From Eledone cirrhosa (taxonomy: Eukaryota): 64,000 nucleotides of DNA. Location of the stretch: the NCBI GenBank assembly GCA_964016885.1, contig OZ024741.1, positions 243,908,001-243,972,000 of the forward strand, written 5' to 3'. The notes below the pieces were generated by a model. That model was not told the DNA's origin, did no database searches, and was given only the letters and a program-made list of their open reading frames with translations. Below are positions 11,761 to 24,700 of this stretch, in pieces (position 1 is the first letter of the stretch; the number at the start of each line of letters is the position of its first letter). A program made the translations under genes and the position numbers.

Positions 11761-14700
11761 TAAAAATCACACCACACTCAGCAAATGTGTGTCTGCACAT
11801 GTACCAGTAATTACAGATCGATCCGCCCACGGGCGGCCGGCCCACGATCGAAAATGTAACTCCGCCGGCAAATTCGCATTTTTGTGATTCGTTTCTTCGA
11901 AGCACACCATTCGCTGGTGGACTTCAGCTTCCTCATTTAGCATGGGCAGCTTTTCTTGAAAATCACACCACTCACAGACTATGAGTCTCTGCACATGTAC
12001 CAGTAATTACAGATCGATCCGACCACGGGCGGCCTGCCCACGATCGAAAAGGTAACTCCGCCGGCAAATTCGCATTTTTGTGATTCGTTTCTTCGAAGCA
12101 CACCATTCGCTGGTGGACTTCAGCTTCCTCATTTAACATGGGCAGCTTTTCTTGAAAATCACACCACACTCAGCAAATGTGTGTCTGCACATGTACCAGT
12201 AATTACAGATCGATCCGCCCACGGGCGGCCGGCCCACGATCGAAAATGTAACTCCGCCGGCAAATTCGCATTTTTGTGATTCGTTTCTTCGAAGCACACC
12301 ATTCGCTGGTGGACTTCAGCTTCCTCATTTAGCATGGGCAGCTTTTCTTGAAAATCACACCACACACAGCAAATGTGTGTCTACACAGGTACCAGTAATT
12401 ACAGATCGATCCGACCACGGACGGCTGGCCCAGGATCGAAAAGGTAACTCCGGCGGCAAATTCGCATTTTTGTGATTCGTTTCTTCGAAGCACACCATTC
12501 GCTGGTGGACTTCAGCTTCCTCATTTAGCATGGGCAGCTTTTCTTGAAAATCACACCACACACAGCCAATGAGTGACTGCACATGTACCAGTAATTACAG
12601 ATCGATCCGACAACGGGCGGCCTGCCTACGATCGAAAAGGTAACTCCGCCGGCAAATTCGCATTTTTGTGATTCGTTTCTTCGAAGCACACCATTCGCCG
12701 CCGGACTTCAGCTTCCTCATTTAGCAGGGGCAGCTTTTCTTAAAAATCACACCACACTCAGCAAATGTGTGTCTGCACATGTACCAGTAATTACAGATCG
12801 ATCCGACCACGGGCGGCCTGCCCACGATCGAAAAGGTAACTCCGCCGGCAAATCCTAATTTTTGTGATTCGTTTCTTCGAAGCACACCATTCGCCGCCGG
12901 ACTTCAGCTGCCTCATTTAACATGGGCAGCTTTTCTTGAAAATCACACCACACTCAGCAAATGTGTGTCTGCACATGTACCAGTAATTACAGATCGATCC
13001 GCCCACGGGCGGCCGGCCCACGATCGAAAATGTAACTCCGCCGGCAAATTCGCATTTTTGTGATTCGTTTCTTCGAAGCACACCATTCGCTGGTGGACTT
13101 CAGCTTCCTCATTTAGCATGGGCAGCTTTTCTTGAAAATCACACCACTCACAGACTATGAGTCTCTGCACATGTACCAGTAATTACAGATCGATCCGACC
13201 ACGGGCGGCCTGCCCACGATCGAAAAGGTAACTCCGCCGGCAAATTCGCATTTTTGTGATTCGTTTCTTCGAAGCACACCATTCGCTGGTGGACTTCAGC
13301 TTCCTCATTTAACATGGGCAGCTTTTCTTGAAAATCACACCACACTCAGCAAATGTGTGTCTGCACATGTACTAGTAATTACAGATCGATCCGCCCACGG
13401 GCGGCCGGCCCACGATCGAAAATGTAACTCCGCCGGCAAATTCGCATTTTTGTGATTCGTTTCTTCGAAGCACACCATTCGCTGGTGGACTTCAGCTTCC
13501 TCATTTAGCATGGGCAGCTTTTCTTGAAAATCACACCACACACAGCAAATGTGTGTCTACACAGGTACCAGTAATTACAGATCGATCCGACCACGGACGG
13601 CTGGCCCAGGATCGAAAAGGTAACTCCGGCGGCAAATTCGCATTTTTGTGATTCGTTTCTTCGAAGCACACCATTCGCTGGTGGACTTCAGCTTCCTCAT
13701 TTAGCATGGGCAGCTTTTCTTGAAAATCACACCACACACAGCAAATGTGTGTCTGCACATGTACCAGTACGTACAGATCGATCCGACCACGGGCGGCCGG
13801 CCCACATTCGAAAAGGTTACTCCGCCTGCAAATCGTCATTTTCGGATTCGTTTTCTTCGAAGCACACCATTCGCCGGCGGACTTCAGCTGCCTCATTTAG
13901 CATGGGCAGCTTTTTTTGAAAATCACACCACACACAGCAAATGTGTCTCTGCACATGTACTAGTAATTACAGATCGATCCGACCACGGGCCACCGGCCCA
14001 CGATCGAAAAGGTAACTCCGGCGGCAAATTAGCATTTTTGTGATTCATTTCTTCGAAGCACACCATTCGCTGGTGGACTTCAGCTTCCTCATTTAGCATG
14101 GGCAGCTTTTCTTGAAAATCACACCACACACAGCAAATGTGTGTCTGCACAGGTACCAGTAATTACAGATCGATCCGACCACGGACGGCTGGCCCACGAT
14201 CGAAAAGGTAACTCCGCCGGCAAATCCTAATTTTTGTGATTCGTTTCTTCGAAGCACACCATTCGCCGCCGGACTTCAGCTGCCTCATTTAGCATGGGCA
14301 GCTTTTCTTGAAAATCACACCACACACAGCCAATGAGTGACTGCACATGTACCAGTAATTACAGATCGATCCGACAACGGGCGGCCTGCCTACGATCGAA
14401 AAGGTAACTCCGCCGGCAAATTCGCATTTTTGTGATTCGTTTCTTCGAAGCACACCATTCGCCGCCGGACTTCAGCTTCCTCATTTAGCATGGGCAGCTT
14501 TTCTTGAAAATCACACCACTCACAGCCAATGAGTCTCTGCACAGGTACCACTAATTACAGATCGATACGACCAGGGGCGGCCTGCCCACGATCGAAAAGG
14601 TAACTCCGCCGGCAAATCCGCATTTTTGTGATTCGTTTCTTCGAAGCACACCATTCGCCGCCGGACTTCAGCTTCCTCATTTAGCAGGGGCAGCTTTTCT

Positions 14701-17700
14701 TAAAAATCACACCACACTCAGCAAATGTGTGTCTGCACATGTACCAGTAATTACAGATCGATCCGACCACGGGCGGCCTGCCCACGATCGAAAAGGTAAC
14801 TCCGCCGGCAAATTCGCATTTTTGTGATTCGTTTCTTCGAAGCACACCATTCGCTGGTGGACTTCAGCTTCCTCATTTAACATGGGCAGCTTTTCTTGAA
14901 CATCACACCAGACTCAGCAAATGTGTGTCTGCACATGTACCAGTAATTACAGATCGATCCGACCACGGACGGCTGGCCCAGGATCGAAAAGGTAACTCCG
15001 GCGGCAAATTCGCATTTTTGTGATTCGTTTCTTCGAAGCACACCATTCGCTGGTGGACTTCAGCTTCCTCATTTAGCATGGGCAGCTTTTCTTGAAAATC
15101 ACACCACACACAGCAAATGTGTGTCTGCACAGGTACCAGTAATTACAGATCGATCCGACCACGGACGGCTGGCCCACGATCGAAAAGGTAACTCCGCCGG
15201 CAAATCCTAATTTTTGTGATTCGTTTCTTCGAAGCACACCATTCGCCGCCGGACTTCAGCTTCCTCATTTAGCATGGGCAGCTTTTCTTGAAAATCACAC
15301 CACACACAGCCAATGAGTGACTGCACATGTACCAGTAATTACAGATCGATCCGACAACGGGCGGCCTGCCTACGATCGAAAAGGTAACTCCGCCGGCAAA
15401 TTCGCATTTTTGTGATTCGTTTCTTCGAAGCACACCATTCGCCGCCGGACTTCAGCTTCCTCATTTAGCATGGGCAGCTTTTCTCGAAAATCACACCACA
15501 CTCAGCAAATGTGTGTCTGCACATGTACCAGTAATTACAGATCGATCCGCCCACGGGCGGCCGGCCCACGATCGAAAATGTAACTCCGCCGGCAAATTCG
15601 CATTTTTGTGATTCGTTTCTTCGAAGCACACCATTCGCTGGTGGACTTCAGCTTCCTCATTTAGCATGGGCAGCTTTTCTTGAAAATCACACCACTCACA
15701 GACTATGAGTCTCTGCACATGTACCAGTAATTACAGATCGATCCGACCACGGGCGGCCTGCCCACGATCGAAAAGGTAACTCCGCCGGCAAATTCGCATT
15801 TTTGTGATTCGTTTCTTCGAAGCACACCATTCGCTGGTGGACTTCAGCTTCCTCATTTAACATGGGCAGCTTTTCTTGAAAATCACACCACACTCAGCAA
15901 ATGTGTGTCTGCACATGTACCAGTAATTACAGATCGATCCGCCCACGGGCGGCCGGCCCACGATCGAAAATGTAACTCCGCCGGCAAATTCGCATTTTTG
16001 TGATTCGTTTCTTCGAAGCACACCATTCGCTGGTGGACTTCAGCTTCCTCATTTAGCATGGGCAGCTTTTCTTGAAAATCACACCACACACAGCAAATGT
16101 GTGTCTACACAGGTACCAGTAATTACAGATCGATCCGACCACGGACGGCTGGCCCAGGATCGAAAAGGTAACTCCGGCGGCAAATTCGCATTTTTGTGAT
16201 TCGTTTCTTCGAAGCACACCATTCGCTGGTGGACTTCAGCTTCCTCATTTAGCATGGGCAGCTTTTCTTGAAAATCACACCACACACAGCCAATGAGTGA
16301 CTGCACATGTACCAGTAATTACAGATCGATCCGACAACGGGCGGCCTGCCTACGATCGAAAAGGTAACTCCGCCGGCAAATTCGCATTTTTGTGATTCGT
16401 TTCTTCGAAGCACACCATTCGCCGCCGGACTTCAGCTTCCTCATTTAGCAGGGGCAGCTTTTCTTAAAAATCACACCACACTCAGCAAATGTGTGTCTGC
16501 ACATGTACCAGTAATTACAGATCGATCCGACCACGGGCGGCCTGCCCACGATCGAAAAGGTAACTCCGCCGGCAAATCCTAATTTTTGTGATTCGTTTCT
16601 TCGAAGCACACCATTCGCCGCCGGACTTCAGCTGCCTCATTTAACATGGGCAGCTTTTCTTGAAAATCACACCACACTCAGCAAATGTGTGTCTGCACAT
16701 GTACCAGTAATTACAGATCGATCCGCCCACGGGCGGCCGGCCCACGATCGAAAATGTAACTCCGCCGGCAAATTCGCATTTTTGTGATTCGTTTCTTCGA
16801 AGCACACCATTCGCTGGTGGACTTCAGCTTCCTCATTTAGCATGGGCAGCTTTTCTTGAAAATCACACCACTCACAGACTATGAGTCTCTGCACATGTAC
16901 CAGTAATTACAGATCGATCCGACCACGGGCGGCCTGCCCACGATCGAAAAGGTAACTCCGCCGGCAAATTCGCATTTTTGTGATTCGTTTCTTCGAAGCA
17001 CACCATTCGCTGGTGGACTTCAGCTTCCTCATTTAACATGGGCAGCTTTTCTTGAAAATCACACCACACTCAGCAAATGTGTGTCTGCACATGTACTAGT
17101 AATTACAGATCGATCCGCCCACGGGCGGCCGGCCCACGATCGAAAATGTAACTCCGCCGGCAAATTCGCATTTTTGTGATTCGTTTCTTCGAAGCACACC
17201 ATTCGCTGGTGGACTTCAGCTTCCTCATTTAGCATGGGCAGCTTTTCTTGAAAATCACACCACACACAGCAAATGTGTGTCTACACAGGTACCAGTAATT
17301 ACAGATCGATCCGACCACGGACGGCTGGCCCAGGATCGAAAAGGTAACTCCGGCGGCAAATTCGCATTTTTGTGATTCGTTTCTTCGAAGCACACCATTC
17401 GCTGGTGGACTTCAGCTTCCTCATTTAGCATGGGCAGCTTTTCTTGAAAATCACACCACACACAGCAAATGTGTGTCTGCACATGTACCAGTACGTACAG
17501 ATCGATCCGACCACGGGCGGCCGGCCCACATTCGAAAAGGTTACTCCGCCTGCAAATCGTCATTTTCGGATTCGTTTTCTTCGAAGCACACCATTCGCCG
17601 GCGGACTTCAGCTGCCTCATTTAGCATGGGCAGCTTTTTTTGAAAATCACACCACACACAGCAAATGTGTCTCTGCACATGTACTAGTAATTACAGATCG

Positions 17701-19208
17701 ATCCGACCACGGGCCACCGGCCCACGATCGAAAAGGTAACTCCGGCGGCAAATTAGCATTTTTGTGATTCATTTCTTCGAAGCACACCATTCGCTGGTGG
17801 ACTTCAGCTTCCTCATTTAGCATGGGCAGCTTTTCTTGAAAATCACACCACACACAGCAAATGTGTGTCTGCACAGGTACCAGTAATTACAGATCGATCC
17901 GACCACGGACGGCTGGCCCACGATCGAAAAGGTAACTCCGCCGGCAAATCCTAATTTTTGTGATTCGTTTCTTCGAAGCACACCATTCGCCGCCGGACTT
18001 CAGCTGCCTCATTTAGCATGGGCAGCTTTTCTTGAAAATCACACCACACACAGCCAATGAGTGACTGCACATGTACCAGTAATTACAGATCGATCCGACA
18101 ACGGGCGGCCTGCCTACGATCGAAAAGGTAACTCCGCCGGCAAATTCGCATTTTTGTGATTCGTTTCTTCGAAGCACACCATTCGCCGCCGGACTTCAGC
18201 TTCCTCATTTAGCATGGGCAGCTTTTCTTGAAAATCACACCACTCACAGCCAATGAGTCTCTGCACAGGTACCACTAATTACAGATCGATACGACCAGGG
18301 GCGGCCTGCCCACGATCGAAAAGGTAACTCCGCCGGCAAATCCGCATTTTTGTGATTCGTTTCTTCGAAGCACACCATTCGCCGCCGGACTTCAGCTTCC
18401 TCATTTAGCAGGGGCAGCTTTTCTTAAAAATCACACCACACTCAGCAAATGTGTGTCTGCACATGTACCAGTAATTACAGATCGATCCGACCACGGGCGG
18501 CCTGCCCACGATCGAAAAGGTAACTCCGCCGGCAAATTCGCATTTTTGTGATTCGTTTCTTCGAAGCACACCATTCGCTGGTGGACTTCAGCTTCCTCAT
18601 TTAACATGGGCAGCTTTTCTTGAACATCACACCAGACTCAGCAAATGTGTGTCTGCACATGTACCAGTAATTACAGATCGATCCGACCACGGACGGCTGG
18701 CCCAGGATCGAAAAGGTAACTCCGGCGGCAAATTCGCATTTTTGTGATTCGTTTCTTCGAAGCACACCATTCGCTGGTGGACTTCAGCTTCCTCATTTAG
18801 CATGGGCAGCTTTTCTTGAAAATCACACCACACACAGCAAATGTGTGTCTGCACAGGTACCAGTAATTACAGATCGATCCGACCACGGACGGCTGGCCCA
18901 CGATCGAAAAGGTAACTCCGCCGGCAAATCCTAATTTTTGTGATTCGTTTCTTCGAAGCACACCATTCGCCGCCGGACTTCAGCTTCCTCATTTAGCATG
19001 GGCAGCTTTTCTTGAAAATCACACCACACACAGCCAATGAGTGACTGCACATGTACCAGTAATTACAGATCGATCCGACAACGGGCGGCCTGCCTACGAT
19101 CGAAAAGGTAACTCCGCCGGCAAATTCGCATTTTTGTGATTCGTTTCTTCGAAGCACACCATTCGCCGCCGGACTTCAGCTTCCTCATTTAGCATGGGCA
19201 GCTTTTCT
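11761..19208 (+). repeat. Tandem duplication of a 19-mer (3,724 bp): 11761-15484 and 15485-19208
   Basis: ORF pairs 11767/15491, 12355/16079, 13531/17255 and 14903/18627. Both copies end in the rare TTCTCGAAAA variant (15484, 19208). Confidence 0.87.
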
Positions 19209-21560
19209 CGAAAATCACACCACACTCAGCAAATGTGTGTCTGCACATGTACTAGTAATTACAGATCGATCCGCCCACGGGCGGCCGGCCCACGATCGAA
19301 AATGTAACTCCGCCGGCAAATTCGCATTTTTGTGATTCGTTTCTTCGAAGCACACCATTCGCTGGTGGACTTCAGCTTCCTCATTTAGCATGGGCAGCTT
19401 TTCTTGAAAATCACACCACACACAGCAAATGTGTGTCTACACAGGTACCAGTAATTACAGATCGATCCGACCACGGACGGCTGGCCCAGGATCGAAAAGG
19501 TAACTCCGGCGGCAAATTCGCATTTTTGTGATTCGTTTCTTCGAAGCACACCATTCGCTGGTGGACTTCAGCTTCCTCATTTAGCATGGGCAGCTTTTCT
19601 TGAAAATCACACCACACACAGCCAATGAGTGACTGCACATGTACCAGTAATTACAGATCGATCCGACAACGGGCGGCCTGCCTACGATCGAAAAGGTAAC
19701 TCCGCCGGCAAATTCGCATTTTTGTGATTCGTTTCTTCGAAGCACACCATTCGCCGCCGGACTTCAGCTTCCTCATTTAGCAGGGGCAGCTTTTCTTAAA
19801 AATCACACCACACTCAGCAAATGTGTGTCTGCACATGTACCAGTAATTACAGATCGATCCGACCACGGGCGGCCTGCCCACGATCGAAAAGGTAACTCCG
19901 CCGGCAAATCCTAATTTTTGTGATTCGTTTCTTCGAAGCACACCATTCGCCGCCGGACTTCAGCTGCCTCATTTAACATGGGCAGCTTTTCTTGAAAATC
20001 ACACCACACTCAGCAAATGTGTGTCTGCACATGTACCAGTAATTACAGATCGATCCGCCCACGGGCGGCCGGCCCACGATCGAAAATGTAACTCCGCCGG
20101 CAAATTCGCATTTTTGTGATTCGTTTCTTCGAAGCACACCATTCGCTGGTGGACTTCAGCTTCCTCATTTAGCATGGGCAGCTTTTCTTGAAAATCACAC
20201 CACTCACAGACTATGAGTCTCTGCACATGTACCAGTAATTACAGATCGATCCGACCACGGGCGGCCTGCCCACGATCGAAAAGGTAACTCCGCCGGCAAA
20301 TTCGCATTTTTGTGATTCGTTTCTTCGAAGCACACCATTCGCTGGTGGACTTCAGCTTCCTCATTTAACATGGGCAGCTTTTCTTGAAAATCACACCACA
20401 CTCAGCAAATGTGTGTCTGCACATGTACTAGTAATTACAGATCGATCCGCCCACGGGCGGCCGGCCCACGATCGAAAATGTAACTCCGCCGGCAAATTCG
20501 CATTTTTGTGATTCGTTTCTTCGAAGCACACCATTCGCTGGTGGACTTCAGCTTCCTCATTTAGCATGGGCAGCTTTTCTTGAAAATCACACCACACACA
20601 GCAAATGTGTGTCTACACAGGTACCAGTAATTACAGATCGATCCGACCACGGACGGCTGGCCCAGGATCGAAAAGGTAACTCCGGCGGCAAATTCGCATT
20701 TTTGTGATTCGTTTCTTCGAAGCACACCATTCGCTGGTGGACTTCAGCTTCCTCATTTAGCATGGGCAGCTTTTCTTGAAAATCACACCACACACAGCAA
20801 ATGTGTGTCTGCACATGTACCAGTACGTACAGATCGATCCGACCACGGGCGGCCGGCCCACATTCGAAAAGGTTACTCCGCCTGCAAATCGTCATTTTCG
20901 GATTCGTTTTCTTCGAAGCACACCATTCGCCGGCGGACTTCAGCTGCCTCATTTAGCATGGGCAGCTTTTTTTGAAAATCACACCACACACAGCAAATGT
21001 GTCTCTGCACATGTACTAGTAATTACAGATCGATCCGACCACGGGCCACCGGCCCACGATCGAAAAGGTAACTCCGGCGGCAAATTAGCATTTTTGTGAT
21101 TCATTTCTTCGAAGCACACCATTCGCTGGTGGACTTCAGCTTCCTCATTTAGCATGGGCAGCTTTTCTTGAAAATCACACCACACACAGCAAATGTGTGT
21201 CTGCACAGGTACCAGTAATTACAGATCGATCCGACCACGGACGGCTGGCCCACGATCGAAAAGGTAACTCCGCCGGCAAATCCTAATTTTTGTGATTCGT
21301 TTCTTCGAAGCACACCATTCGCCGCCGGACTTCAGCTGCCTCATTTAGCATGGGCAGCTTTTCTTGAAAATCACACCACACACAGCCAATGAGTGACTGC
21401 ACATGTACCAGTAATTACAGATCGATCCGACAACGGGCGGCCTGCCTACGATCGAAAAGGTAACTCCGCCGGCAAATTCGCATTTTTGTGATTCGTTTCT
21501 TCGAAGCACACCATTCGCCGCCGGACTTCAGCTTCCTCATTTAGCATGGGCAGCTTTTCT

Positions 21561-21755
21561 TGAAAATCACACCACTCACAGCCAATGAGTCTCTGCACAG
21601 GTACCACTAATTACAGATCGATACGACCAGGGGCGGCCTGCCCACGATCGAAAAGGTAACTCCGCCGGCAAATCCGCATTTTTGTGATTCGTTTCTTCGA
21701 AGCACACATTCGCCGCCGGACTTCAGCTTCCTCATTTAGCAGGGGCAGCTTTTCT
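21561..21755 (+). repeat. 195-bp monomer with a 1-bp deletion (AGCACACATT for AGCACACCATT); second copy at about 33516-33710
   Basis: Seen at 21701-21710 and 33656-33665. The array phase shifts by -1 after each. Confidence 0.9.
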
Positions 21756-24700
21756 TAAAAATCACACCACACTCAGCAAATGTGTGTCTGCACATGTACC
21801 AGTAATTACAGATCGATCCGACCACGGGCGGCCTGCCCACGATCGAAAAGGTAACTCCGCCGGCAAATTCGCATTTTTGTGATTCGTTTCTTCGAAGCAC
21901 ACCATTCGCTGGTGGACTTCAGCTTCCTCATTTAACATGGGCAGCTTTTCTTGAACATCACACCAGACTCAGCAAATGTGTGTCTGCACATGTACCAGTA
22001 ATTACAGATCGATCCGACCACGGACGGCTGGCCCAGGATCGAAAAGGTAACTCCGGCGGCAAATTCGCATTTTTGTGATTCGTTTCTTCGAAGCACACCA
22101 TTCGCTGGTGGACTTCAGCTTCCTCATTTAGCATGGGCAGCTTTTCTTGAAAATCACACCACACACAGCAAATGTGTGTCTGCACAGGTACCAGTAATTA
22201 CAGATCGATCCGACCACGGACGGCTGGCCCACGATCGAAAAGGTAACTCCGCCGGCAAATCCTAATTTTTGTGATTCGTTTCTTCGAAGCACACCATTCG
22301 CCGCCGGACTTCAGCTTCCTCATTTAGCATGGGCAGCTTTTCTTGAAAATCACACCACACACAGCCAATGAGTGACTGCACATGTACCAGTAATTACAGA
22401 TCGATCCGACAACGGGCGGCCTGCCTACGATCGAAAAGGTAACTCCGCCGGCAAATTCGCATTTTTGTGATTCGTTTCTTCGAAGCACACCATTCGCCGC
22501 CGGACTTCAGCTTCCTCATTTAGCATGGGCAGCTTTTCTTGAAAATCACACCACTCACAGCCAATGAGTCTCTGCAGAGGTACCACTAATTACAGATCGA
22601 TACGACCAGGGGCGGCCTGCCCACGATCGAAAAGGTAACTCCGCCGGAAAATCCGCATTTTTGTGATTCGTTTCTTCGAAGCACACCATTCGCCGCCGGA
22701 CTTCAGCTTCCTCATTTAGCAGGGGCAGCTTTTCTTAAAAATCACACCACACTCAGCAAATGTGTGTCTGCACATGTACCAGTAATTACAGATCGATCCG
22801 ACCACGGGCGGCCTGCCCACGATCGAAAAGGTAACTCCGCCGGCAAATTCGCATTTTTGTGATTCATTTCTTCGAAGCACACCATTCGCTGGTGGACTTC
22901 AGCTTCCTCATTTAGCATGGGCAGCTTTTCTTGAAAATCACACCACACACAGCAAATGTGTGTCTGCACAGGTACCAGTAATTACAGATCGATCCGACCA
23001 CGGACGGCTGGCCCACGATCGAAAAGGTAACTCCGCCGGCAAATCCTAATTTTTGTGATTCGTTTCTTCGAAGCACACCATTCGCCGCCGGACTTCAGCT
23101 TCCTCATTTAGCATGGGCAGCTTTTCTTGAAAATCACACCACACACAGCAAATGTGTGTCTGCACAGGTACGAGTAATTACAGATCGATCCGACCACGGG
23201 CGGCCGGCCCACGATCGAAAAGGTAACTCCGCCGGCAAATCCGCATTTTTGTGATTCGTTTCTTCGAAGCACACCATTCGCCGCCGGACTTCAGCTTCCT
23301 CATTTAGCATGGGCAGCTTTTCTTGAAAATCACACCACACACAGCAAATGTGTGTCTGCACATTTCCCAGTAATTACAGATCGATCCGACCACGGGCGGC
23401 CGGCCCACGATCAAAAAGGTAACTCCGCCGGCAAATCCGCATTTTTGTGATTCGTTTCTTCGAAGCACACCATTCGCCGCCGGACTTCAGCTTCCTCATT
23501 TAGCATGGGCAGCTTTTCTTGAAAATCACACCACACACAGCAAATGTGTGTCTGCACATGTACCAGTAATTACAGATCGATCCGACAACGGCCGGCCGGC
23601 CCACGATCGAAAAGGTAACTCCGCCGGCAAATCCTAATTTTTGTGATTCGTTTCTTCGAAGCACACCATTCGCCGCCGGACTTCAGCTGCCTCATTTAGC
23701 ATGGGCAGCTTTTCTTGAAAATCACACCACACACAGCCAATGAGTGACTGCACATGTACCAGTAATTACAGATCGATCCGACAACGGGCGGCCTGCCTAC
23801 GATCGAAAAGGTAACTCCGCCGGCAAATTCGCATTTTTGTGATTCGTTTCTTCGAAGCACACCATTCGCCGCCGGACTTCAGCTTCCTCATTTAGCATGG
23901 GCAGCTTTTCTTGAAAATCACAACACTCACAGCCAATGAGTCTCTGCACAGGTACCACTAATTACAGATCGATACGACCAGGGGCGGCCTGCCCACGATC
24001 GAAAAGGTAACTCCGCCGGCAAATCCGCATTTTTGTGATTCGTTTCTTCGAAGCACACCATTCGCCGCCGGACTTCAGCTTCCTCATTTAGCAGGGGCAG
24101 CTTTTCTTAAAAATCACACCACACTCAGCAAATGTGTGTCTGCACATGTACCAGTAATTACAGATCGATCCGACCACGGGCGGCCTGCCCACGATCGAAA
24201 AGGTAACTCCGCCGGCAAATTCGCATTTTTGTGATTCGTTTCTTCGAAGCACACCATTCGCTGGTGGACTTCAGCTTCCTCATTTAACATGGGCAGCTTT
24301 TCTTGAACATCACACCAGACTCAGCAAATGTGTGTCTGCACATGTACCAGTAATTACAGATCGATCCGACCACGGACGGCTGGCCCAGGATCGAAAAGGT
24401 AACTCCGGCGGCAAATTCGCATTTTTGTGATTCGTTTCTTCGAAGCACACCATTCGCTGGTGGACTTCAGCTTCCTCATTTAGCATGGGCAGCTTTTCTT
24501 AAAAATCACACCATACTCAGCAAATGTGTGTCTGCACAGGTACCAGTAATTACAGATCGATCCGACCACGGACGGCTGGCCCACGATCGAAAAGGTAACT
24601 CCGCCGGCAAATCCTAATTTTTGTGATTCGTTTCTTCGAAGCACACCATTCGCCGCCGGACTTCAGCTTCCTCATTTAGCATGGGCAACTTTTCTTGAAA

